64,000 nt of DNA from Eledone cirrhosa (lineage: Eukaryota), in assembly GCA_964016885.1 (NCBI GenBank), contig OZ024741.1:145638001-145702000 (forward strand). The letters run 5' to 3'. The notes below the pieces were generated by a model. It saw only the letters and a list, made by a program, of their open reading frames with translations, ran no database searches and was not told the origin of the DNA. Each line of letters begins with the position of its first letter. The first letter of the stretch is position 1. Below, in pieces: positions 38,841-51,887 of this stretch. The position numbers and the translations under genes were made by a program.

Positions 38841-39119
38841 ATATATATATATATAGTTCAAGAATATACAAGACATACACAGAGATGCAAACACACGGTC
38901 ATGCTTGCAGTTTCCCTCTACCAAATTTTAAACTCAAAGAACATTAATCAACCTAAGGCTATATATATTAGAAGACACTCACTCAAGATGTTTTTTTTTG
39001 TTTATTAACATTGTTGCTTATGAAATTAACATGTAAGTGGCTGAGCACTCCTGAGACATGGGTATTTTTAACACAATTTTTGATAAAGCATGGATGAATT
39101 GAGTGATAAAAAGTGGACG

Positions 39120-39406
39120 AGGAATCAAATGTAGTGTGCAGGAGAACAGACTGCATTGGTATGGGCATGTGATGTAGATGGATGATTATTGCTAATGAAG
39201 AAGTAATCACAGTGGAAGAAGACTGCAGTAGAGGAAGACCAAGGAAGACCTAGAAGGAAGTGAGAGCTGTACTAAAATTGCTGAAGCTCACAGAGGTGAT
39301 GACAAAGAATGCAACAAGTGGAGAAATGCTGTTCTAAGAAGGACCCATCCAACCTATGCAAGCATGGAACAACTGACATGAAATGATGGTGAAGATGATG
39401 ATGATG
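39120..39406 (+). mobile_element. Degenerate RTE subfamily 2 3' end
   Basis: AGACTGCATTGGTATGGGCATGTG...GGAAGACCAAGGAAGACC...CATGCAAGCATGGAA-like tail with (GAT)n. Confidence 0.75.
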
Positions 39407-40132
39407 TATATATATATAACTATTTATGTATATATTCCACAATTTTCACTGTGTCTGCTTATTACTACAGATCTAAGAATCTGTCAAAATATGAGAAGTT
39501 ATTTCATTTCGGAGATTAAAGCTATCTTTCTTGTTACTTAAATGATGTATTTCTACTTGCAGTATTTTTGTTAGGTGAAACTAGATGCAATATCACCCCC
39601 AACCAACAGGATATACATAGCTTACCATCCCACCTACATCGCACTAATGCATTACGATCCACATTACACACTCAGCCTTTATATGTAAATCTTTCTGAAA
39701 GCAATACATCACTCAACACCATAATAATAATGATGATAATAATAACAATAATAATACAATCACATGTGAAGAATACCCAAAAGCATGAAAGCAAAGAATC
39801 ATTTGAAACCAAAGCTTGATCAGATATCCTATGACATAAAACAGAATGGAAGATATATTAATAAATTCCTCACTGAAAGAATCAAAGCAGATAATATTTG
39901 AATATACATGTTCTTTGATTATTTGAAACATTTTCCAAATATCTTCAACAAACAAACAAACAAACAAAAAGAGAACAGAATGAAAAGAAAAGAAAAAGAA
40001 AAAGAAAACCAAGAAAAAAAGCAGCAAAGCTAGAGAAACACATGTTCCTTCCTTCAAGACATTGATGTTTACCAGTAAAGAGGATCAATAACCAGAGTAG
40101 TTCTTCAGAACTTCATATGTAGCAGTTAGAAC

Positions 40133-40424
40133 TCATCATCATCACCACCATTACCACCACCACCATCACCATCCTCACCATGAATCATAACCATCATCAT
40201 CATCATCACCACCACCATCATCACCATCCCCACCACCGCGATCATCATCACCATCAACATCATCATCAACATCATCTTCACCACCATCACCATAATCATA
40301 ACCATCATCACCACCACCATCACCATTATCCCCATCCTCACCATCACCATAATCATCACATCACCATCATCACCACCACCACCACCATCATGATCCTCAC
40401 CATCACCATCACCATCACCAATCG

Positions 40425-40455
<31 letters not shown>

Positions 40456-40482
40456 TATCATCATCACCATCATCATCATCAT
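40133..40482. repeat. (CAT/CAC)n trinucleotide repeat
   Basis: Directly visible. Confidence 0.97.
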
Positions 40483-40656
40483 TGGTGACATGATTTGTTA
40501 TTGTTATCAGTCATGATTAGTTTCAATACATCAATGCAAGCTGGATAGATCTCTGTACAACAAATGCCCTTTCAATTCTTGATCATTTCACCATTTCACC
40601 ACACCAAAGCTCTAATAATCTGCCTACCTAATGTTTCTTTCCTCTCTCCCCACCAA

Positions 40657-40687
<31 letters not shown>

Positions 40688-41597
40688 AATGTATGTATGT
40701 TACCAAGGAAATACAATACAGAACAATACAGTACAATGATGATATATATTAATTTAATGCTTGATAAAGAGTTTTAACATTTCGGACAATAGTTCTTCTT
40801 CAGAACTCAAAATGAGAGATAGAAGTATAAATTAAAAATCAATGAAAGTGAGAAAAGAAAGAAATGTAAAAAACAAAAAAAAAAAAACACATCCTGAAAG
40901 AAAAACGGGTGTAGTCAAATATATCTTTATATATTCTTTATTAAAACTTGAATCTTGAATCATTGATGTCTCTTTTGCTTACACATTGGAGATAGGGAAA
41001 GGGAGATCAATTAGGAGTAGCTAGTACTTAATAAAGACATATTAATTAATCCCTCCTATGGTAGTGACTTGGCATTTTTTGATTGTCATTATCAATCATC
41101 ATCACAATCATTTAATATCCATTTTTCCAGCTATCAAGGGTTGGTCAGGTCTTCAAATACTGAGCCAGTTCTCAAGAGTAGGTATTCAGCTATCAAATGA
41201 GCCAAGGTCCCACATCTCATTTACGTTCCTGCACTTCACCAGGTGCATGGACAGGCCAGGGGCCAGTATTTCACTTACAAACATCTTCACACTCTCAGAG
41301 CATTTTGTTATGGCACCAGTATTAGGGAGGTTGTCATGCTATTGACACAGATGAAGAATTCTCCTCATTCTTTGTTTGGCAGGTTTTCTACTGTTGGATA
41401 CTCTTTCTATCACCAATCACACTAGAGAGTGTACTGAGTCCATACCTTGTGTAGAATACCAACACTAATCATGTGTATATGTGTGTGTTTGTGTGTGTGT
41501 GTGTGTGTACATGTGCATACCACCGTCTCTCATCATCATATTCTTTATGTTCAATCTACCATCCAGGATGCAGTATATATATATGTATATATATATA

Positions 41598-41886
41598 TAG
41601 CTCTGTACTATACATAGAGCACTCTTCTTTCCTTTACTTAACACACACGCGCACACATATATATATGTGTGTGTGTGTGCGTGTGTATGTGTGTGTGTTA
41701 AGTATTTCCATAGAAAAGGTAAAGGAAAGAAGAGTTTCTATGTATAATACAGAGCTATTTAATTATGTAATAAACAACACAATATAATTATTCCATTACC
41801 CTGATGAACGAAATCAGACGTTTCTGTTAGAATCATCTAACTTTGCAAAACCTTGGGTAATGGAATAATTATATTGTGTTGTTTAT
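41598..41886. repeat. Nested inverted repeats of a dispersed repeat also present at 54470-54625
   Basis: AGCTCTGTACTATACATAGAGCACTCTTCTTTCCTTTAC is inverted at about 41718-41758. AAACAACACAATATAATTATTCCATTACCC is inverted at 41855-41885. Confidence 0.75.
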
Positions 41887-43032
41887 TACGTAAATGTATA
41901 CATTTCCTTATATATGATTCATTCAGTGATTTATTTTCTCATTTCACAGTGACAGAAGGTAGCAAATTAGCATGGTTGTTCGGATGTCATATAGTACATA
42001 GTCTTGATAGTACATACTCTGGCTCTCAGTATTCTCACTTCTCAATTTGTTGAGGCCAAATCTGAATTTCAAATTTGGTAAATAAACTATCAGTCCAGTG
42101 CTAAGGTTGATTCTTCTTCTCTCCTATTTTCTTTCCTTTTTTCTTTTTACTTGGTCTCTCTCTTTCTCTCTGAAAGAATTCAACTATAGTGAAACCTGGA
42201 AAGAAATGGGCTCCACCAGGCTTTAGAATATCCAGAAAATTCTGTATCTAACAATGGTATCCCCACAATTTCATCAGGAGTTAACAGCTCCATGGAATAA
42301 CCAATTGTAAGCAACAAAGTTATATAAATTTGTGCAACTATACATTTAAATATACTTGAGTATAATACAATCTGTATAGATAAACATTAAATAAAATATT
42401 TATTAAAATTATTCCAGGGATTAGTGCCTAATATTTTATTCAAATTTATTATGCTCATCAGTGTGATTAGAATATTGGATATAATGCTCTATGGTGATTG
42501 TTCCAGCTCTCTGGGCTTTCAGTTCAAAAGCCACTGAGATGAACTTTAACTTTAAGGTCGATAAAAATGTACCAGTCCAGTACTGGGGTTGATTATTTCT
42601 CTATATATCATACTGACTTCCTCTCTATCCCTCTTTCTCCTTCTCTGGAAGAGATTAGCTGTGTTCAGATCTAGAGAGGTGAAGGTTTCTGACAGATTTA
42701 AAATGTCATTAGAACACCTCTACAACTCTAAAGGGAGTTATAGTTTTATACATGCTCTTCGGTGGAAAGAGAGAAAATATTAAATCGCACTATAGCTATT
42801 GATAGTAATAAAGGTTAGTGAACATTTTGTAGGGAAAGATGAAATGAATTATTGGTTTCATATAAACTAAGGAAATGAAAATTATGGTTGACTTGGAAAT
42901 TATCAAATGAAAAGTGTACTTACAAATTCTCTCGTATGAATAACTGCAGATGATTAACCTTCTAAAGTCCTCTACTTATTTAAATGGGAGAGAGATGGGT
43001 AAAGTTTGTGATAACTGTTTCAATTAAAACTT

Positions 43033-43216
43033 ATAATTGTTTCTACTTTAGGCACAAGGCCAGCAATTACCCAGTTCATTACTGGTACTTTATTTTATCG
43101 ACCCCGTAAGGATGAAAGGCAAAGTCAACCTCGGCGGGATTTGAACTCAGATCGTAAAGGGACGTAACTATGCTGGAAAGCATGGCGTCCGACCCTCTAC
43201 CGATACTGCCAATCCA
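43033..43216 (-). mobile_element. SINE family A
   Basis: Matches the family A consensus. Confidence 0.92.
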
Positions 43217-43952
43217 AAGAAAGTCACTTTGGAACCATGAGGTTTTAGCTTCAGTCATACTGTGATTCTACACATTGTGTATGCATTCTCTACAAAGCCC
43301 TTTCAAATCCAAATTGATAGCTGCCACTCAGATAACAAATTCTTCCAAAATATCATTGAATGTTAATAGGGTCATTCTAGATGTATTGACTTAGGTTGCT
43401 TTTCGAAAACACTTATGACAATAAATTCCTATTATATAAATATACAGCACAAACAAGCTGGCTTTCTCCTCTCCTCTCTCAACCTTTGGCATGGTGGGAC
43501 CAAAATCAAAACAGATAAGCTGGGTTTTTTTCTAGTCCTCTCCATTTCTCTGAATTAACTATATCTCATTTTTAACATTTCTATTCAAGTGAATTTGTTA
43601 TAATGTTTAGCAGTCACTTTTTTGCTTTAACTTTTCACTATAACATCTCTACATCCCTCCCACCTACTCCCTCTACATTACCTATGAACTTGCTGCTTGG
43701 CAGACATGGCCTTACACCTCACTTACCCCCACCTTCCCACCTTTTGCTTTTCACCCTTTCACACTTACCCTCCTACATCACCAATGCTGATTTGCTCACA
43801 GAAAAGTAAGATTATGATGTTCCACCATCATATCACTCTCTGTCTGGCTCCAGCCACAAGTTTCATCAGTAGTTTGCAAAAGCTTGTCACATAAGAAATC
43901 CTCTTGTCTGCTGTCATGTAAAAAGTTTCATACATATATACATACATATATG

Positions 43953-43986
<34 letters not shown>

Positions 43987-44367
43987 TATATAAACTCGAA
44001 ATATCCTTAATAAGATATCTCAAAATGTGAGCGAAACCCATGGGTCGGGATTTAGTGATTTAATCCTGGTATGTATATGAGCATTTCTAACTTTAATGTT
44101 TACCTAATTATGTATGGTTGACCGTATATTTAATTAATTTCCACGTGCTGTTGAAATGTTGGGTAAATATTCTATAGCGGTTGGACGCGAAGACGCTGCT
44201 GTGGCGTATTTATTTACTGTTTCTCCATAGGTGCCTTTTATTCTTATAGCCTGGTCTAATTGATTTTTTGTGTGGTTAATTATGCTGATTGGGAGTAGAG
44301 ATGATGTATATATATATATTATTAAATAATTCTCTGGACATGCTTTACTCTATAGTATATATATATA

Positions 44368-44401
<34 letters not shown>

Positions 44402-44405
<4 letters not shown>

Positions 44406-44765
44406 CACCCCCATCCCACTAACCCTACCCCACCCCCACCTACGCCACCCCTTTCTCTGTAAAGTTATGTTGGTACCACAACATCCAGTCTGAAATAAAT
44501 GAGGTCGTGTAGGTGTCACAAAAAAACAAAAAACACAGTCCACGCTGTAATGTGGCCGTGTAAGTAACACGGTAAAAACCTCCCAGTCCACACTGTAAAT
44601 GTGGTTGGTGTTAGGAAGGGCATCCAGCCGTAGAAAACCCGCCAGACAGTCCTATACGAGCAAGATAACCAATCTTGCCTCACGTGGGACAATTCCCATC
44701 TAAACCCATACTAGCGTGGAAGATAGATGTTAAACGATGATGATGATGATGATGATGATGATGAT
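44402..44765 (+). mobile_element. RTE subfamily 1 3' UTR
   Basis: Homologous to 9110-9445. Confidence 0.88.
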
Positions 44766-46971
44766 ATATATTTGTATATGTTTGCAACTTTGTAGATAAA
44801 CTCATTTAAGTAATTTTGAGTTTATATGTTTTCCTTATTGGAATAGAAAGTAAAGTGTATAGCCTGGGGCAATATTATAGATTTTAGTAATCACAGTATT
44901 ATTAACAATACTGGCGCTACTGTTACTATTACTACTCCTGCTGTTGCTGCTGTCAACATGACAATCTGCAAGTATGCTTGTGTGTTTAAAAGTGTCATTT
45001 CAGAGCCACAAGCTTTCAGGTTCAATTGCACTGCATGGCATTTCAGCAAGTTTCTTCGACTATAGCCCCTGGTCAATCAATGGATTGTTAGTAAAATTTG
45101 TTTCAGGGCAACTGTAGGAAAGCCTGGTCATCATCATCATCATTTCATCATTTCATTTTACCTGGTGTATATGACATATGCATACATCGGTATTTTTGTA
45201 TGCATATGTAAATGCTGCGAAGGTGTATGCCTTAGTGGTTAGAATGTTTATTTCATGCTCAGAAAGTTGAGTTCAATACATGACAGTATGTTGCATTCTT
45301 CAGCAAGACACTTTACTTAATGTTGCTTCAGTCCAATCACCTGGAAAAAGACAAATTGAGCTTGTAATTGAATGGGCCAGCTATGTGTCTTGATGGATCT
45401 CCCTAAGAACTACATTAAGGATGCATGTATTTGGTGGAATCATCATATCTACCTGCACATCAATTTCTTGAGTGGACAGTTCCAGTGTTCAAACAACTGG
45501 AACATTCATTGTTGGAACTGACAGAAATCATATATGTGCGGATGCTAGTTATTGCAAAATATTATATCGATATCATTCATAAATCTCAGCAGTGATATCG
45601 TTTATGTCCTGCAGCAGCAGAGAAGTTTGATGAACATAACCAGCATATACCATGTTTTGAAAAAATAGAAAGAGTATGTGTTTGTGTCAGGAAGGACATT
45701 CAGCTGTAGAAAACTTGCCTCAAATAGTTTTAACCCTATATTTCATCTATGAAAGCATGGAAAACGTTTTTGTCAGCTGGAGGGATTTTCTTTTGTCTCA
45801 TGGCAGTAATTCTACAATTTAGTCCAAGTTTAGAAGTTTCCAGATTATATAGAAATACAAAGGAAGAACAGTTGCCTCTGTAGCTTTGAGGGCTTTCATC
45901 TTTTCTACTGATTCACCACAAGGTTATTAGCGCTTTTGACATCAGCCCATCTGAAATTGCCTTAGTTTTTTTCAAACAAAACTTTCCCTTTTAAAATGCT
46001 CATGCTTAATATTAAAATCTTTCATAATAATTTTATTTAAGAAAGTTTTGTTAATATCAGCTTACTAACTTATTTTATTACTAAAGTTATTTTATTAAAT
46101 TCCTCCAAATTGTTTATCATTTTCAAAATAGATTGCGACACATATGCAGTGTATTTCATTAGAAATATGATAATGAAAGGATTATTATGTGGCATCATTT
46201 TTGTTGTTATTGTTTAGCCCCAGGTCAACTCTGATTGATCATATCTATGGTCACAAGCATTCCAACCATCATGTCAGAATGTGTCTGGAACTACATTATC
46301 CAATATGTCCTTACATTATATTACAAGTAGTATAGTGTAATTTGAAGATTTTGTTACTATCTCTAACATTTCAAGTGACCATGTAGAGGCTCATTTGTGG
46401 ATGTCAGTATCATCATCATCCTCGTTGGGATCTACATTACCACCACTGCATCCAAAGTGAAAAGTTTCTTAGGTGAAACAAATCATAAACAGCATTGTGC
46501 AGAAACATTTTCTCTGATGCACATCAAATAAGATTATGGTTACTAAGTAACATTTCGCACAAGTGCATGATATCTTTTGTGAGTGGAGGAATGATAAAAG
46601 ATGCAGAAAGAATATGTAAGAAACCAAGTTGAAATAAAGCAGTATGTATAATATTTCTATATCTCAACTACATTGTATTTCTTAGCTTTTGAGTTGTTAG
46701 TCATTTATAGGTTTGCATATTATATATCTTATCTGAAGATGTTATATCATGCAAATCTAATACTTTATTGCTGTGATAAATTTAATCTTCTTTCAAAATT
46801 ACAGTAGCTCACAGACTTTGCACTTATGTCTGGTAAACAATATTAACCAACAATATTCCCTCAGGTAACCAGATTGTACTTAGTCTAATGGATCAGATCA
46901 AGAAGGTATGTTGGAAATACCTGTTCAACCCCTTTGTTAGTAAGGATAAACACTTGATAGGCCATGATTAT

Positions 46972-47160
46972 AATTGTTTCTACTTTTGGCACAAGGCCAG
47001 CAATTATCCCAATGCATTACTGGTACTTTATTTTATCGACCATGTAAGGATGAAAGGCAAAGTTAACCTCGGCAGGTTTGAATTCAGATCAAAAAGGGCC
47101 ATAACTCTATGCTGCAAAGCATGGTGTCTGATGCTCTATCGATACTGCTAATCCACCGCC
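46972..47160 (-). mobile_element. SINE family A with TSD
   Basis: TSD TGATTATAAT on both sides. Confidence 0.9.
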
Positions 47161-49212
47161 TTGATTATAATGAAGTGTGGAGATTATCATAATGTTATTT
47201 ATTCATTTGATGACATTAATCAAGATAGATCTCATAATGCCTTCCCATGCCTCACAACTCCTTCCCTGACATTGCAAATTCTTCCCAGATTTCACAATCC
47301 TACATTACCAGATTAACCCTTTCATTATCATATTTCTAATGAAAGAAATTGCCTATGATTGTCAACTAATTTTGAAAATCATCAAGAATTTAGAGGGATT
47401 TAGTAATATAACTAACTATCTCATTATCATGTTGGTGTTTGGAACATCAATGTCCTCATATAGAATTATAAAGGAAGGTTTTAGAATGATATAAGCACCT
47501 CAAAACAAACAGTTTTGTATCAAATGACCAAGGGCAGTTTTAGGTAGTTTTCTATATAAAAATGCTTATGGTTTGTAACTTCATATGTTAGTTGGCATTG
47601 ATAAATAAAGTGCCAGTCGAATAATGGGTTTAATCTTCTTTTTTCTCTATATTTCACTCTCTTCTTCTCTTTTGCTCTCCCCTCTTCATAAATAACTCTC
47701 TTCTCTTTCTCTCACTCTTTTCTATTTCAATTGGTTACAATGTTCCATGTGAAGATTCATGGCATATCGCACTCAGTATCCCTTTTTCCAGGAAGGGACC
47801 AACAACCTCCTCACACAAAAAAGCTGATGTTACAGAAACCAACCAAGAGTGGCCTTGTGTGCAGCAGAGCATGGAACTGTCTATGGTTATTTATGTAAAA
47901 TATTCTTTTCCTATCCATCATGATCTGTATAATTAATCTTTACTGTAAATTCAAATATCCATATTGCTGTTTCCTTCTCTATCATCTGTAGGCACTCATT
48001 TTGATGTCTTTAAAATATCTCAACATTACAGTTCAGGGATAATTATATTCATATTATTATTAAGTTTAAATTAGGTTTTACAAAGTTGTTTTTGAAATAT
48101 AGACTTGCAGGAAATTTCTTTTCTTCTATTTTCATATTTCTTATTAAAATATTCCTAATTAAATTTTCAAAATAAATGTAATTATACTTTTTCCATATAG
48201 CTAATGAAATTCTCTTCAATGCAGAATTTATTAGATTACACTCTATTCAATGTGGTGAATATAAAAATGTCCCTCTATTCTTACTCGAGACTGATAAAAG
48301 ATGTGCCTGTACCTGTGGTATCCTGGGCTTCATGCAGTTAGTAATATAAGCATCCCTACAACTTTGTCTTGTTACCTAATTTTAGAGCTGTAGTGGAACT
48401 ATGTTAGGGATCAGGTCACAAACAGTGTGATTAATATTTTGATACCATAAAAAATATGATAAATGTGAAGTGAATTTCACAGTTTTTGTGTGTTTTATAT
48501 TTTGTATTCTTTTTATTTAATGACTAAAATGACTTTTCCATAATGTAGTTGTTTCAGTTTGAACACATGGTTTCAAGTCATGTCACTTACTGAACAAGTA
48601 TAAATAGCTTTCGCCCCCAAAAAGAAGATATTTTATGAGAATGAACAATTGAAAGCATTAATGGTAATTATAAATTTGAAGTCTCAGAATATCTTAGTTT
48701 TAAAGAGATGGAATGTCACAATCAATGTTTATTTTAGTATACAATAATCATCATTCACAAAGAATGATATTTGGGTAATATTGAGCAATATTTTGAAATA
48801 TTAACAATTACAAACTTTTAGTACTTTGATATATTATGTTATTTTTTGTTTGCGCCAGAAATACAACTAAACAAACCAAACTTCAGCATGTGTTTTTTAC
48901 TTTTCATATAATTTTGTTATATTGTAATTTCAGATAAGTTTTTTTAACACACAAATATTGTGTATATATATATATATATACAGAAAATAACTTTGTATTT
49001 TTAAGCTATTATTTATAGCAATCAACTGTGTTCACTTGATGCTCCAATGGTATGTGCATGCATATATCATCATCATTTTATGTCCATTTTCTATGTTGAA
49101 CAGGTTGTTATGGTCTGAGACTAGATATTCTATTTTGGCATGATTTCTAAGTTTGGATGCCCTTCCAAACACAACACAGACATATATATATATATGTATA
49201 TATATTATAGGC

Positions 49213-49258
<46 letters not shown>

Positions 49259-49271
49259 ATATATTATAGGC

Positions 49272-49317
<46 letters not shown>

Positions 49318-49897
49318 GCATACTCATGACTGTGTGGTTAAGTAGTTTGCTTAGCAAATCTGGATTGGATTTTCTTTACACCTGTCTTCACAACAGTTTT
49401 AATTCAATGTACCTTCAATATCTTTACTCCTTTTTGCATACAATCCATTTTTTAAACACTATTTACATTTCCTAATTGTTTTAGAACACCATATATTAGT
49501 AAATTATTATTTTGTATTATTTTTTTAATAATATCTTTATGATGGTTTTATTGTAAATTTTTTATAATATTTTTTTTTTTTGTTTCCTGCCAAATGCAAA
49601 GTTCTTTTTATCATCCTGAAAACATTTATCGGCTACGATTCTCTTTCTCTATCTATTTTCAGCTTCTAACAATCCATCTCAATATATTATCACATTGCAA
49701 TTCATAAAACATATCGTTCTTCTATATGCATCTTTCTAGAAAGATTTTACATTCAGATGAATTTCAGTAATTTTATATATATATGACTCCAGTTCCTCAG
49801 TGAAATAACAACCCAACAAGGAACTGGGCATGTCAGAGTATTGACAATATTATACACCTAAACAACATATGTACTTGTCTATACCATACTAATTCAA

Positions 49898-49952
49898 ACT
49901 GCCTGAAGAGGTCACAGCCAAAGATGGCTGTCACTGAAATATATATAGCAGT
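49898..49952 (+). ncRNA. Type I hammerhead ribozyme (family H3)
   Basis: actgc CTGAAGA ggtc-acagcca-aaga-tggctgt-cact GAAA tatata TA gcagt. Perfect helix I, palindromic helix III. Confidence 0.82.
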
Positions 49953-49996
49953 AATAAACGAAGCTAAATTTTAATCATTTGACTTTTATTTAACTT

Positions 49997-50264
<268 letters not shown>

Positions 50265-50265
<1 letters not shown>

Positions 50266-50535
50266 TAGGAGGTGAGTTTTATTGTAGTACAATAAAGCAA
50301 TGCAGATATCGGATAAGAAGCACTCTACAGTTTGTAGGACTGGAGTATACATAATATATAAGATCAAGATGATATGTTGATTTAAACTGCACTATCCACA
50401 AGTGTTTTTTAACCTTCATATCATGTCTTCCTATTTTATCTGATGAAAACACAAATGTTATTGCATGATGATATTTGCTTTTGAAATGCATATAATAAAA
50501 TACATGGAACTCTTTTAACCATCTTTTGATCTTAT
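50265..50535 (+). mobile_element. Short non-coding derivative of the 30108-32735 Penelope element
   Basis: 50265-50341 is the reverse complement of 32660-32735. 50370-50535 is the reverse complement of 30110-30275. Confidence 0.82.
50433..50501 (+). ncRNA. Type I hammerhead ribozyme (family H2)
   Basis: attttat CTGATGA [long hairpin] GAAA tgcata TA ataaaat. 7-bp helix I. Confidence 0.8.
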
Positions 50536-50744
50536 ATATATATGTACATATATATATATATGTGTGTATGTATGTATATACATAAATATCTGAATGTAAA
50601 ATATACATACACATATATATATATATACATATATACATATGTATGTATATATATATATATATATATGTATATATAAACATACATATGTATATATGTATAT
50701 ATATATATATGTGTATGTATATTTTACATTCAGATGAATTTCAG

Positions 50745-50812
<68 letters not shown>

Positions 50813-51130
50813 CATATATATGTATATATATATATGTGTGTGTATATATATATATAAGAAGGAATTTGTAGTTTACTTGAAGCATTGTATATGGTATAAG
50901 GAATTCGAAGCTTCAAAGCCACATTGGACACTGAGATAGTTCCTTTATTTTCCTCAGAAGAAGAGATATTAATCTCGAAATATCAGGTAAAAAAAACAAG
51001 CCCTGTCTCTTACAATTTAATTTTTCTCCTACCAAACATACATTGTCATGACTTTCAAACTTCAAATTTGTTATATACGTATATGCATATACATATATAT
51101 ATATGTGTGTGTGTGTGTATATTATATATA

Positions 51131-51533
51131 TGCAATCGAAAGGTTGTGAGTTCAATTCTCGGACCGGGTGATGTGTTGTTTCCTTGAGCAAGACACTTTA
51201 TTTCACATTGCTCCAGTTTACTCAGCTGTAGAAATGAGATGATAGGACTGGGGTCCCTATCATTCCACTGCAAAGTGGTTGTGGAGGTGCCATAGAAAAA
51301 AAGCACCCAGCCCACACTGTAAAGTGGACGTGGAGGTGCCACGGCAAAAAAAGCACCCAGTGCTCACTGTAAATGAGGTTGGTGTTAGGAAGGGCATCCA
51401 GTTGTAGAAATCAACCCCAAATCAGTTCCTGTATGAGCAAGACATGGTCACCCAACTGGACACTGCCCACAACCGGACAACTCGTCTAACCCATGCTAGC
51501 GTGGAAGAACGGACGTAAAACGGTGATGATGAT
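51131..51533 (+). mobile_element. SINE family B variant (5'-truncated, subfamily-1 RTE tail)
   Basis: Body as in 1728-1960, with two tail modules and a CCCATGCTAGCGTGGAAGAACGGACGTAAAA end. Confidence 0.88.
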
Positions 51534-51573
51534 ATATGTATATATATGTATATGAATATATATATATATGTAA

Positions 51574-51887
51574 ATATGTATAAATATTTTGTATCTCCAA
51601 AGGAATAGAGTTTTAGGAAGCCGTAGCTATGCAAACACCGGGGGGGGGAGGCTAACGCCCACTGGTGATGTCCAGCAGAAGCATGAGGGACAACCATCTA
51701 TGCATTTCAAGTCGCAAGCGGTGGGAGGGACCGTCCTGACGAAGGCCAGTTAAGCCTGAAATGCATAGACGGTTGTCCCTCTTGCTTCTGCTGGACATCA
51801 CCAGAGGGCATTAGCCCCCCAGTGTTTGCATAGCTACGGCTTCCTAAAACTGTATTTCTTTGGAGATATGAAATATTTATACATATT
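51574..51887 (+). mobile_element. Fold-back hammerhead repeat (Penelope pLTR-like), family H4
   Basis: Inverted arms 51574-51709 and 51757-51887 around a hammerhead 5' half. Confidence 0.8.
51725..51781 (+). ncRNA. Type I hammerhead ribozyme (family H4), canonical
   Basis: gaggga-ccgtc CTGACGA aggc-cagttaa-gcct GAAA tgca TA gacgg-ttg-tccctc. Confidence 0.9.

Noticed and set aside
40126-40491. Poly-His / poly-Met ORFs
   Set aside because: (CAT/CAC)n simple repeat with no splice or homology support.
49742-49775. ATTTTACATTCAGATGAATTTCAGTAATT repeated at 50722 (partly inverted at 50585) as a hammerhead
   Set aside because: No GAAA box or helix III. More likely a target duplication or truncated repeat.
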